From an uncultured Pelagibacteraceae bacterium (lineage in GTDB: Bacteria > Pseudomonadota > Alphaproteobacteria > Pelagibacterales > Pelagibacteraceae), in contig CACLLG010000002.1 of assembly GCA_902607735.1 (NCBI GenBank), forward strand, positions 6,635 to 70,634: a DNA stretch of 64,000 nucleotides. The letters are read 5' to 3'. The position numbers and the translations under genes were made by a program. Under the pieces are notes generated by a model that worked only from the letters and a program-made list of their open reading frames with translations, made no database searches and was not told where the DNA came from. Below, one piece after another: positions 39,835-49,295 of this stretch (positions are counted from its first letter, which is position 1; each line of letters begins with the position of its first letter).

Positions 39835-41229
39835 TTAATTTAAATTTTTCACTATTTCTTCGGTCATTTTTTTTGCATCAGAAAAAAGCATCAAAGTATT
39901 ATTTCTATAAAAAAGTTCATTATCAATTCCAGCATAGCCAGGGGACAGGCTTCTTTTTACAAAAAGAACAGATTTTGATTTCTCTACATCTAATATAGGC
40001 ATACCATAAATTGGGCTTTGAGAATCTGTTTTGGCTGCTGGATTAGTAACATCATTTGCGCCTATTACAAAAGCTACATCAGTGCTTGCAAAATCATTAT
40101 TTATATTCTCTTGTTCAAAAACTTCATCATAAGGAACATTGGCTTCTGCTAATAAAACATTCATATGTCCAGGCATTCTTCCTGCTACGGGATGCACTGC
40201 ATATGAAACTCTTACTCCAATCTTTTTTAGATTATCAGCCATTTCTCGAACAGCATGTTGGGCTTGGGCCACTGCCATTCCATAACCAGGAACAATTATT
40301 ACTGATGATGCATTTTTCATTAAAAAAGCGGCATCTTCTGCATTTCCACTTTTGACTGGTTTTCTATTTTTATCTTTTTTTGAATTTTGATCTGTTGCGC
40401 CAAATCCCCCCAGGATTACACTAATAAAAGATCTATTCATACCTTTACACATTATGTAAGACAAAATTGCACCTGATGATCCCACAAGCGCACCTGTAAT
40501 TATCAACGCAATATTTTCTAAAGTAAAACCAATTCCAGCAGCAGCCCATCCTGAATAAGAATTAAGCATAGAGATAACGACTGGCATATCCGCTCCACCT
40601 ATTGGTATGATCAATAAAAGACCTACTAAAAAAGATATTGCAATCATGCTCCAAAAGAAAATGTCTGATTGATTTTTACAAAGGTAAAAAATCAGAACCA
40701 TAATTGATAAACCTAGTAATAAATTTATAAAATGTTGACCTTTAAAGGTAATTGGCGAACCTGACATTATTCCTCTAAGCTTTAAAAAAGCTATTATTGA
40801 ACCTGAAAAAGTAATTGCTCCTACCGCAGCACCAATTGACATTTCGATTAAACTCGAAAGTTTAATATTTCCTGGTAAACCAAGATCAAAAACTTGTGGA
40901 TTCAAAAATGCTGATATCGCTACAAAAACTGCCGCGAGACCTACAAGACTATGAAAGCCAGCTACTAGCTCTGGCATTGCTGTCATTGGGATTCTATAAG
41001 CTATGAGAGCTCCTATTGATCCACCTGCTAACAAAATAATTAAAACATAAATAAAACCAGTAGAAAAGTTTTCAATAGATAGAAAAGTTACAGTTATAGC
41101 AATTAACATTCCCAAAATACCGAATAAATTACCTTTTCTAGATGTTTCGGGAGATGACAGCCCTCTTAAAGCTAAAATAAATAATACGCCGGAAATTAGG
41201 TAAAATATTGCTAATAAATTTGCTGACAT
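39835..41229 (-). CDS. pntB: NAD(P) transhydrogenase subunit beta
   Basis: 464 aa. Multi-TM N-terminal half plus C-terminal NADP(H) domain (PGYGMAVAQAQH, GANDVTNPAA). Confidence 0.9.
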   Translation of the reverse strand: MSANLLAIFYLISGVLFILALRGLSSPETSRKGNLFGILGMLIAITVTFLSIENFSTGFIYVLIILLAGGSIGALIAYRIPMTAMPELVAGFHSLVGLAAVFVAISAFLNPQVFDLGLPGNIKLSSLIEMSIGAAVGAITFSGSIIAFLKLRGIMSGSPITFKGQHFINLLLGLSIMVLIFYLCKNQSDIFFWSMIAISFLVGLLLIIPIGGADMPVVISMLNSYSGWAAAGIGFTLENIALIITGALVGSSGAILSYIMCKGMNRSFISVILGGFGATDQNSKKDKNRKPVKSGNAEDAAFLMKNASSVIIVPGYGMAVAQAQHAVREMADNLKKIGVRVSYAVHPVAGRMPGHMNVLLAEANVPYDEVFEQENINNDFASTDVAFVIGANDVTNPAAKTDSQSPIYGMPILDVEKSKSVLFVKRSLSPGYAGIDNELFYRNNTLMLFSDAKKMTEEIVKNLN

Positions 41230-41231
41230 AT

Positions 41232-41540
41232 CTATTTATTTTTCTTTTTCTTTTTGTACATTTGAAGCATTCTTTGAGTGACTAAAAAACCTCCAAAAAT
41301 ATTTATTGCTGCTAAAAATATTGCCATAAAACCAAATATATTTGATGTATCAAAAATGCTTTTCATATCACCTGATAATCCAGCAATTATAGCTCCAACA
41401 ATAATCACGGATGAAATTGCATTGGTTACAGACATTAAAGGGGTATGCAATGAAGGAGTAACACTCCAAACAACATAGTACCCTACAAATATTGATAATA
41501 TGAAAATACTCAGTCTAAATATAAAAGGATCAATTTCCAT
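41232..41540 (-). CDS. pntAB: NAD(P) transhydrogenase subunit alpha, membrane part 2
   Basis: 102 aa, 3 TM. Lies between pntAA and pntB, the split alpha subunit usual in alphaproteobacteria. Confidence 0.85.
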   Translation of the reverse strand: MEIDPFIFRLSIFILSIFVGYYVVWSVTPSLHTPLMSVTNAISSVIIVGAIIAGLSGDMKSIFDTSNIFGFMAIFLAAINIFGGFLVTQRMLQMYKKKKKNK

Positions 41541-41542
41541 AA

Positions 41543-42643
41543 TTATAATTCTTTATTAATTAAAGTTTTATTAATAATTTCATCTTCTTGATTAATATAA
41601 ATATCTTTTTTTTCCGTGTCGTATAAATTATTTAAAAAATTAGATAAATTTTTTGCATATAAACTTGAAGCTGTTAATGCCAATTTATTCAATATATTTT
41701 TTGCACCCATAACTTTTACCCCGTTTACAACATTAACTTTATCGGCTTGAGAAAAAGCAGAATTGCCTCCCTGATTTACTGCTAAATCATAAATAATTGA
41801 ACCTGGCCTCATACTTTTAACCATTTCCTCTGAAATGATTCTTGGCGCTTTCTTTCCGGGCACCAACGCAGTACATATAACAATATCATTTTTTTTTATA
41901 TAACTTTTTAACAATTCTGCCTGTTTTTTTTTAAAATCTTCTCCCGCTTCTTTTGCATATCCTCCGCTTGTTTCCAAATTTTCAGCCCCTTCTACACTTA
42001 AAAATTTTCCCCCTAAACTTTCCACTTGTTCTTTTGCAATAGTTCTAACATCTGTCGCGGACACTACCGCTCCTAATCTTTTTGCTGTCGCTATTGCCTG
42101 AAGTCCAGCCACGCCAGCACCAATAACAAATACTTTAGCTGGAGTAATAGTGCCGGCTGCAGTCATCATCATAGGTATGGCTTTATCAAATTCTTCGATG
42201 GACTCGATAACTGCTCGATATCCAGCTAAATTAGCTTGTGAAGACAAAACATCCATTGACTGTGCCCTTGTAATTCGTGGGAGCAGATTAAGTGAAAAAA
42301 TATTAATATTTTTTTTGATTAATTTATTTAGCATTTCTCTATCCGAATAAGTGTCAAATTGACCAATTAAAATAGAACTATCTTTTATTGAGTTAATTTC
42401 ATCATTAGAGGGACAATTCACCTTTAATATTATTTGTGATTTTTCTAAAACTTCTTTAACAGAAGCGTATAGGGTAGCTCCCTTATTTTTAAATTCTTCA
42501 TCGCTTATACCCAGGTGTTCTCCGTAATTCTTTTCAAGAAGAACAGAAAAATTTAATTCTGCAAATTTTTTTACTGTTTCTGGAGTAATAGAAATTCTTT
42601 TTTCGCTAGCAAGATCTTCTTTAACAGATCCGATGATTTTCAT
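41543..42643 (-). CDS. pntAA: NAD(P) transhydrogenase subunit alpha, part 1 (dI, AlaDH/PNT domain)
   Basis: 366 aa. VFVIGAGVAGLQAIATAKRLGA Rossmann motif. Confidence 0.9.
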   Translation of the reverse strand: MKIIGSVKEDLASEKRISITPETVKKFAELNFSVLLEKNYGEHLGISDEEFKNKGATLYASVKEVLEKSQIILKVNCPSNDEINSIKDSSILIGQFDTYSDREMLNKLIKKNINIFSLNLLPRITRAQSMDVLSSQANLAGYRAVIESIEEFDKAIPMMMTAAGTITPAKVFVIGAGVAGLQAIATAKRLGAVVSATDVRTIAKEQVESLGGKFLSVEGAENLETSGGYAKEAGEDFKKKQAELLKSYIKKNDIVICTALVPGKKAPRIISEEMVKSMRPGSIIYDLAVNQGGNSAFSQADKVNVVNGVKVMGAKNILNKLALTASSLYAKNLSNFLNNLYDTEKKDIYINQEDEIINKTLINKEL

Positions 42644-42795
42644 TACCTCTGTCTAACTTTATATTTTGGATTTTTTTTATTTATAATATAAATGCGCCCT
42701 CTCCTTCGAACGAGCTTCGAATTCAAATCTCTATTTTTGTGTGATTTTAACGAGCTTACAACTTTCATAGCATATATAATAAATTAAAAGTTTTA

Positions 42796-42912
42796 TGCCG
42801 GCAACGTCCTACTCTTCCATACCTTAAGGTAAAGTACCATCGGCGCTGAAGGGCTTGACTTCCGAGTTCGGAATGGGATCGGGTATGGCCCCTTCGCAAT
42901 AATCACCGGCAC
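42796..42912 (-). rRNA. rrf: 5S ribosomal RNA
   Basis: The minus strand reads GTGCCGGTGATTATTGCGAAGGGGCCATACCCGATCCCATTCCGAACTCGGAAGTCAAGCCCTTCAGCGCCGATGGTACTTTACCTTAAGGTATGGAAGAGTAGGACGTTGCCGGCA. This includes the universal CCGAACTC...GAAGT...GCGCCGATGGTA core and complementary termini. Confidence 0.9.
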
Positions 42913-42981
42913 ATAGGGTATATATTTATTAAAGTTTTTTGTAAATAGTTAAATTATGAACGAGTGTCACCATTAAATTTC

Positions 42982-43056
42982 TGGTGGGTGTGATAAGAAT
43001 CGAACTTATGACCTCTACGATGTCAACGTAGCGTTCTACCACTGAACTACACACCC
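42982..43056 (-). tRNA. tRNA-Val (anticodon GAC)
   Basis: The minus strand reads GGGTGTGTAGTTCAGTGGTAGAACGCTACGTTGACATCGTAGAGGTCATAAGTTCGATTCTTATCACACCCACCA. It has a 7 bp acceptor stem, anticodon stem CTACG/CGTAG with loop TTGACAT, a GTTCGATTC T-loop and an encoded CCA. Confidence 0.9.
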
Positions 43057-43065
43057 CGTAAATGG

Positions 43066-44127
43066 CTAATGGTTTTTCTCATAAGCTATTTTATAAGAAA
43101 AAATATAAACAATAAAAAATAATAAAGAATAGTATTTGCAAAACAAACCATTTTTCATCATTAAAATAGCTGGAATAATTAATATTAAATAAATTAAATT
43201 TGTGATTATAGAAACATAATAGTTGCTTTTTAATTTGTCGTTACTTTTTTTAAGCAATATTTTATATAAAAGCATATGCAAATGCTTTCTATCAGGATGT
43301 ATTGGGGATGATTTTTCTTTTATTAATTTTCTAAAAAAAGAAAAAAATACCTCAAAAAACAAATAAAACAATAATATACAAAAATAAAAAGGGGATATTT
43401 CAGGATTTTCAATACTCGTTATTATTGTCGATATAGCTATAAAGGCGCCTAGGAAATAAGAACCGCCATCTCCAAGAAATATTTTTGCTCTTGGGAAATT
43501 AAATATTAAAAATATTGATAAAATTAATATTTTGAGAAAAAGTAAATTTGCAAGATGGCTATTTTCGCTTAAATAATTTATTAAAAATAAATTTATTAAG
43601 ATAATCAAGGAATGAAAACCTAAAAGACCATTGTAACCATCAATTAAATTAGCTCCATTAATTATAAATAAAAAACATAAACAAATAAAAATTAATGAAA
43701 AAATTTTTGAGCTTTCTAACCAGTTATTTAAAACTTCTATTCCAGTTTTTTCGATATAAAAATTATTATAACTTATCGATACAAATAAAAATAAAATCAT
43801 TAAAATAAGTCTAATTGATGGTTTAATATTTATTTTAACGTCATCAACAATACCAAGAATAAAAAAAGGTATGCAAATGAATAAATATTCATAAAAAATT
43901 ATATTTTTAAAAAAATAAAAATTACAAAAAGTAATTAGTAGAGAAAAAAATAATACTGTTCCACCGGCAGTTGATATACCAGATTCGTGAAATGCTTGCG
44001 GTTTTTTAAAATCATTATCAATCAAAAAATTTTTATTATATTTGTTAAGAACAGGTATAAAATACTTATAAAAAAGTAAGCTGAAACCAATTAAGATAAA
44101 AATTAATATAATATTATTTAAATCCAT
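43066..44127 (-). CDS. Polyprenyl-phosphate HexNAc-1-phosphate transferase (WecA/MraY GT4 family), glycan initiation
   Basis: 353 aa, about 10 TM. IVDDVKINIKPSIRL and NGANLIDGYNGL motifs. The stop lies 10 nt from tRNA-Val. Confidence 0.75.
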   Translation of the reverse strand: MDLNNIILIFILIGFSLLFYKYFIPVLNKYNKNFLIDNDFKKPQAFHESGISTAGGTVLFFSLLITFCNFYFFKNIIFYEYLFICIPFFILGIVDDVKINIKPSIRLILMILFLFVSISYNNFYIEKTGIEVLNNWLESSKIFSLIFICLCFLFIINGANLIDGYNGLLGFHSLIILINLFLINYLSENSHLANLLFLKILILSIFLIFNFPRAKIFLGDGGSYFLGAFIAISTIITSIENPEISPFYFCILLFYLFFEVFFSFFRKLIKEKSSPIHPDRKHLHMLLYKILLKKSNDKLKSNYYVSIITNLIYLILIIPAILMMKNGLFCKYYSLLFFIVYIFSYKIAYEKNH

Positions 44128-44920
44128 ATTTTTTTATTGAATTAACAGAAATACAAAATATTGACAATAAATTTTTTAAAAGGTCCATCTTATTATAATT
44201 TTTATTTATATGCCAAATCCAATAAAGATTTCTTATTTTATTACTTTGCAATGAGCCTTTTCTTATTCTGTATTTCATTAAATTTTCTGATAGGCAATAA
44301 GCAAAATTCACTTTTTTTAGAATTTGACACTTAAAAAAATAATCTTCACAAATTTTTGTATTGCTAAATTTTATATTTCCAATCGATGATTTTTTAACAA
44401 CCATAGTGCTTGTAGCAATTGAAGTATCTCTTATAAATTTTTCAAAAGTAAAAATTTTTTCTGGTTTAATCTCTTTTAAATTATATATTTTTTCTTTAGA
44501 TCTAAATGGAAGATAATTTGTATAAGTAAAATAATATTTATTTTTTATCATAAAATCAATCTGCTTAGAAAGTTTGTCTCTATCCCAAATATCATCAGAA
44601 TCAATAAAGGCAATATAATCTGATTTAGAATTTCTTATAGCAAAATTTCTACAAAATGCTGCTGACTTTCTTTTTTTTAACCTTATTATATTTATATTTG
44701 GGTAATCGATATAATTTTTCAAAATATTTTGAGTTTCAATATTTGAATTTCCATCAACTATTGTCAGTCTCCAATTTTCAAAAGTTTGATTAATTATGGA
44801 ATTAATTGTTTCTTCCAAATATTCCTCAGAATTATAGTTTGGTAAAACTATTTCAACTGTTACATCGGATAAATTATTTAACATTATTAAATATTTTTCT
44901 AAGAAATTTCTTTTTTCCAA
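44114..44920 (-). CDS. GT2-family glycosyltransferase
   Basis: 268 aa. VEIVLPNYNSEEYLEETINSIINQTF...IVDGNS and FIDSDDIW (DxD). Confidence 0.8.
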   Translation of the reverse strand: MEKRNFLEKYLIMLNNLSDVTVEIVLPNYNSEEYLEETINSIINQTFENWRLTIVDGNSNIETQNILKNYIDYPNINIIRLKKRKSAAFCRNFAIRNSKSDYIAFIDSDDIWDRDKLSKQIDFMIKNKYYFTYTNYLPFRSKEKIYNLKEIKPEKIFTFEKFIRDTSIATSTMVVKKSSIGNIKFSNTKICEDYFFKCQILKKVNFAYCLSENLMKYRIRKGSLQSNKIRNLYWIWHINKNYNKMDLLKNLLSIFCISVNSIKKYGFK

Positions 44921-45540
44921 TTATGATAAAATTCTTTAAGATCAAAATTTTTATAATGAAAAATATTTTCAAAATTCATTTTATAAAAATCATCTATTAT
45001 AAAAGATTCTAATGAGTTCATTAATTGTCCGTACTCAAATTTATTTCTTATAAATTTTCCTCTATCCAGTTTAATCATTATATGATTTAACAAACTATTA
45101 TTATTTTTAATTGGATCTACTGATAGAAAATAGCAGTTAGAAAAATTTTTTTTGATTAAAGAATTAATTGTTTTTACTGTTTTATCATCAAGATGATGTA
45201 GTGCACCATTTAAAAAAATAAAATTTGGTTTAAATTCTAAGAAATGATTTATGTTATCTTCATCATTTAAATCTAAATTCAAAAAGTTAAATTTTTTCCA
45301 GCGATGTTTACATTTTTCTAAATATTTAGGATTATTATCTACGCCTAGATAGTCATCAACAAATTCATTTATATACTCCAAAATATAACTATCACCGCAA
45401 CAAATATCCAACATTCTTATATTTTTAAAATTATTTTGTTTAAAAATAAATTTAAAAAAATCATATTCGTCATATTTTGCTCTTACCGTTTTTTGATAAA
45501 ATCTATAAAGACTTGGATTTTTTAATAAAAAGTTTATCAT
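44899..45540 (-). CDS. Class I SAM-dependent methyltransferase
   Basis: 213 aa. Motif I-like MLDICCGDS, acidic motif II GVDNN, and LNGALHHL. Confidence 0.6.
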   Translation of the reverse strand: MINFLLKNPSLYRFYQKTVRAKYDEYDFFKFIFKQNNFKNIRMLDICCGDSYILEYINEFVDDYLGVDNNPKYLEKCKHRWKKFNFLNLDLNDEDNINHFLEFKPNFIFLNGALHHLDDKTVKTINSLIKKNFSNCYFLSVDPIKNNNSLLNHIMIKLDRGKFIRNKFEYGQLMNSLESFIIDDFYKMNFENIFHYKNFDLKEFYHNWKKEIS

Positions 45541-45567
45541 GTAAAATTATTTTGACTAATTTATATT

Positions 45568-46296
45568 ATGATTAAATCTTTATCAATAATATTTCCAGTT
45601 TTTAACGAGGAATTAAGATTAAAATCAAGTTTTAAACATATCAAAAGTTTTTTAAAAAAGAAAAAAAAATTTAATATTGAAATTATTTTTGTTGATGATG
45701 GAAGCGGAGATAATTCATATTACTTAATTGATAAATTTGTTAAGAACTTTAAAAAAAATAAGAGAATCAAACTTAAAGTTATCAAATCAAAAATAAATTT
45801 AGGTAAAGGTTCAGCATTAAAATTGGGTGCAAAAGTGGCCAGAAATGATTGGATTTTAACAACCGATATTGATATGTCAGTTTCTCTTTTTCAAGTTTGC
45901 AGTTGGTTAGAAAAAAAATTAATTAACAAAAAATATTTTATATATTTCGGTTCAAGAACACATAAAAAATCAATTGTTCAAACAAAATTTTACAGGGAAA
46001 TATTAGGAAGATTAATGAAATTATTATCTTTTATAATTTTAAATATAAAAATAAAAGATACACAATGTGGATATAAACTATATAAAAAATCTATTGCAAA
46101 ATATATATTCTCTAAATTAAAAAATTTAGGTTTTAATCACGATTTAGAAATTATTCTAATTCTTAAGGCAAAAAAAATAGGAATCAAAGAATTGCCGGTA
46201 AAATGGACTCATAAAAATAATAGTCGATTAAATATATTTTGGGACCCTATAAAAATGTTGTTGGGTATTTTCTTATTAAAATTTAGAAAATTTTAA
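45568..46296 (+). CDS. GT2 polyprenyl-phosphate glycosyltransferase (GtrB/ArnC/DPG-synthase-like)
   Basis: 242 aa. LSIIFPVFNEE...IIFVDDGSGDNS, TTDIDMS, and DTQCGYKLY typical of dolichyl/undecaprenyl-phosphate sugar synthases. Confidence 0.7.
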   Translation: MIKSLSIIFPVFNEELRLKSSFKHIKSFLKKKKKFNIEIIFVDDGSGDNSYYLIDKFVKNFKKNKRIKLKVIKSKINLGKGSALKLGAKVARNDWILTTDIDMSVSLFQVCSWLEKKLINKKYFIYFGSRTHKKSIVQTKFYREILGRLMKLLSFIILNIKIKDTQCGYKLYKKSIAKYIFSKLKNLGFNHDLEIILILKAKKIGIKELPVKWTHKNNSRLNIFWDPIKMLLGIFLLKFRKF

Positions 46297-46298
46297 TA

Positions 46299-47615
46299 TT
46301 AATTTATTAAATTATAATAATAAATATTAGAAAATATTAGAAAAATTGATAAATAACAGTAAAGAAAAATCGTTCTTTTATAATTTATATAAAATTTAGA
46401 ATTTAAAAAAGTAAATGCCATTAAAATAATAAGAGGATCAAAATATTCCTGCATAAGAGGAAAAATAACAATGGATAGTAAAAAAAAATAAGACATAACT
46501 AATTTACTTTTTAAGCTATTGCTTAAATAAACTAAAATTATTATCCACGAAAAGAAGAATGAAAAATAAATATATATTTTTTGAAAAATAATTTCTTCAA
46601 AAAATAATATTGCCGTTTTATGGACAAATCCCTTGCCCATTAAACGCATACCCTCATAATCATGAAAGAATAATAAATAAAATAAATAAATAAAAAATAT
46701 GGATATTAAATAATAATTTCTTTTTTGAGAAAAGAAATTTTTTACTAATCTTACTAAGTTTTCACTTTTATATAGCAATAAGGGTAATAAATAAAAAGCA
46801 ATAATTGTTGATGCATAACCTATGTGATAAAAAAATAGCTGATTACCCAACCCTCTACCCAAAGCATCTCTAGGTGGAATTAGTCCGCCCCAAAGTATAA
46901 TTAAATAAATGTATGGTAATGAAAAAATGAAATAAAGAAAAAAAGCAAAAAATTTTAATTTATGTGACTTAACAGAAAAAATAATTTGAATAAAACAAAT
47001 TAATGGAATAATAGCTAATTTTTGATCAAAATATAAACATATAGAGCTTACAAAAACGACCAGAAATAACAGATAATAATCCTTTGATTGATTATTATTA
47101 TTGTGCAAAAATTTATCCAAAAATAAAAAAGAAAGTAACAAAGTAATTAGACCAAAATTTTCTTCATTTCCCCAATAAGCGCTTGTTCTAAAAAAAGGAC
47201 TTAAAAAAATTGTAGTTGAAATTAAAATTAACAATAAGTTTTCTTCTTTTTTAAATTTTTGTTTTAAACATAAATAAAACAAAAATGGTACTAGCAGCGA
47301 TAAACAGAACACACTTGTTCTAAAAATAATTTCATTTCCTACAAATGGGTTAAATAATTTATGAAATATGTATATTAATGGTGTTCGAGCACTTGTATAA
47401 ATTTCCGGATCATAAGTAGTGGTTAAATTGATGCCTTTGCTTATGCTATTATTTAAAAAAGTGTGTAAATTAGCCCAGGTATGAGTAAAATCTGTTGGTC
47501 CACCTCCGGCGGAATTTTCGTCATAAATATAACCTATAAAGAAAGACGAAATAGATAATAAAATAAGAGCAATTGAAAAGTACTTATAATTATTTACTTT
47601 TATGGGCGCAAACAT
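46299..47615 (-). CDS. Polytopic membrane protein, GT-C-like (ArnT/PMT/GtrC-type) candidate glycosyltransferase
   Basis: 438 aa, more than 10 TM. Acidic first-loop motif YDENSAGGGPTDF. Divergent partner of the GtrB-like gene. The function is inferred. Confidence 0.45.
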   Translation of the reverse strand: MFAPIKVNNYKYFSIALILLSISSFFIGYIYDENSAGGGPTDFTHTWANLHTFLNNSISKGINLTTTYDPEIYTSARTPLIYIFHKLFNPFVGNEIIFRTSVFCLSLLVPFLFYLCLKQKFKKEENLLLILISTTIFLSPFFRTSAYWGNEENFGLITLLLSFLFLDKFLHNNNNQSKDYYLLFLVVFVSSICLYFDQKLAIIPLICFIQIIFSVKSHKLKFFAFFLYFIFSLPYIYLIILWGGLIPPRDALGRGLGNQLFFYHIGYASTIIAFYLLPLLLYKSENLVRLVKNFFSQKRNYYLISIFFIYLFYLLFFHDYEGMRLMGKGFVHKTAILFFEEIIFQKIYIYFSFFFSWIIILVYLSNSLKSKLVMSYFFLLSIVIFPLMQEYFDPLIILMAFTFLNSKFYINYKRTIFLYCYLSIFLIFSNIYYYNLIN

Positions 47616-47685
47616 ACGATAATCCTGAAATATTTAGTATAAAATTACAAGCAAATTATGAAATAGAGATTTGAAAAATTAAATA

Positions 47686-49242
47686 TTACAAAAATCCTTT
47701 TATTAAAGCTTTTCCGCCCTTAAAATATCTTTTAATATCCTCAAAGCTTCTGATTTTTAAAATCCTCTTGATAACATAACTTGGTCTTAAATAAAATTTT
47801 CTAAACGCATAGCGTTCCATATTTTTTAACTCTTCTGCATTTTTGTATCCAAATGGTAGCCATGTGACTTTCCACATATTATATTCTTCTAGATCGTGAG
47901 TAAGAAATTTTCCCCATTTCCCTTTATGTATTTCATCGGCTAATTTAGTTCCTGGATAAGGACAGCATACTGTGAATTGAGCATAATCAGGATCAAGATC
48001 TATTGCTGTTTGAATTGTTTTTTTAGCTAATGCAGGAGTTTCTCCAGGCAAACCAACTAAAAAACCCGCTCTTGTTTCGATCCCAGCTTCTCTAGTCCAT
48101 CGAGATATTCTTTTCATTTTTTCAAAATCTCTATTTTTTTTATTTGTGAGTATATTTTTTGCTAATTCTTCAACGCCAGTTTCATAACCAAAAAATATAT
48201 TCCAACAACCTGATTTTCGCATTTTTTTAAGTAAATCTTTATCATCTACCGTATTAACAGCAGCACAACAAGTCCAGCTCACATTTAAATTTGCTTCAAT
48301 TAATAGATCCAGAAATTCGTTCATCCACTTTTTGTGATAAGCCATTGTATCATCCCAAAATGATATTTCTTTCATTCCATAATTGTCAACACAATCTCTT
48401 ATTTCATCAATTACTTTTTGTGGACTTCTTCTTCTAGCTCCTGTGCCTGCTTGATCGCAAAATGTACAAAAATAAGGACACCCTCTAATAACAATCATAT
48501 TAGTTGCTGGCAATTGTTTGTAATTATTGGGTAGTGGCAAATATCTTTCCGTTGGAAAAAGATCTCTGGCAGGAAATGGCAATTCATCTAAATTTTCAAT
48601 AAGCTCGCTGGGTTTATTCCGAACTACAACATTATTTTTTTTAAAAATAATTCCCTTAATATTTTCCAAAGTTTGAAAATCTTGTAAAAATAAATCTCTA
48701 TTAAAATTTTTTTCAGAATATTTTTTGACAATATTGTGAATTATGTATTCTCCATCTAATCCGTACGCAATAATATCAAAATACTTACCATACTCATTAG
48801 CTGTTTCAATTCCAGCAACATTAGTATGTGATCCTCCAACTACAGTTAATTTTTCTGGTAATTTATCCCTAATTTTTTTTGCAATATCTATTGCTCTACT
48901 AAGAGAATATGTTGTTGTAGAAAAACCAATTATTGCTGGATCTTTTGTCTTTATTATTTCATAAACCTTGTCGGCATCTATTCTTAATGTCGGACAATCT
49001 AAAACGCCAACGCCACAACCTTGTTCTCTTAAATATCCAGCCAGGCAAGCTATGCCTAAAGGAATCATATCACCACCGATTTCTCCTAAATCTTTCCTAC
49101 CATATCTTTCAGATAACGTGGATGGTGGATTAATTAACAAAATATCAATCTTGCCATTTTGCGGAGCAAAACCTCTTTCGATTAACTCTTCAGTAGTAGG
49201 ATCTACTTTTAAATTTTTTTTTGAAAAAGGATTTATATTCAT
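47686..49242 (-). CDS. B12-binding-domain radical SAM protein (class B)
   Basis: 518 aa. N-terminal cobalamin-binding-type Rossmann region (IIGFSTTTYS...LTVVGGSHTN), then CPYFCTFC (CxxxCxxC). Confidence 0.8.
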   Translation of the reverse strand: MNINPFSKKNLKVDPTTEELIERGFAPQNGKIDILLINPPSTLSERYGRKDLGEIGGDMIPLGIACLAGYLREQGCGVGVLDCPTLRIDADKVYEIIKTKDPAIIGFSTTTYSLSRAIDIAKKIRDKLPEKLTVVGGSHTNVAGIETANEYGKYFDIIAYGLDGEYIIHNIVKKYSEKNFNRDLFLQDFQTLENIKGIIFKKNNVVVRNKPSELIENLDELPFPARDLFPTERYLPLPNNYKQLPATNMIVIRGCPYFCTFCDQAGTGARRRSPQKVIDEIRDCVDNYGMKEISFWDDTMAYHKKWMNEFLDLLIEANLNVSWTCCAAVNTVDDKDLLKKMRKSGCWNIFFGYETGVEELAKNILTNKKNRDFEKMKRISRWTREAGIETRAGFLVGLPGETPALAKKTIQTAIDLDPDYAQFTVCCPYPGTKLADEIHKGKWGKFLTHDLEEYNMWKVTWLPFGYKNAEELKNMERYAFRKFYLRPSYVIKRILKIRSFEDIKRYFKGGKALIKGFL

Positions 49243-49295
49243 TTCGAAACAAGTTTTGTTAATTATGCAAAAAAGTCAATAGGTATTTATTAGCA

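Noticed and set aside
42705-42721. Palindrome TTCGAA-CGAGC-TTCGAA downstream of the 5S gene as a terminator
   Set aside because: The hairpin is short and not followed by a T-run on the minus strand. It is too weak to call.
45654-45669. A6-G-A9 run inside the GtrB-like GT2 gene as a possible slipped-strand phase-variation tract
   Set aside because: Long A/T runs are everywhere in this genome and encode Lys runs in many genes. Nothing singles this one out without population data.
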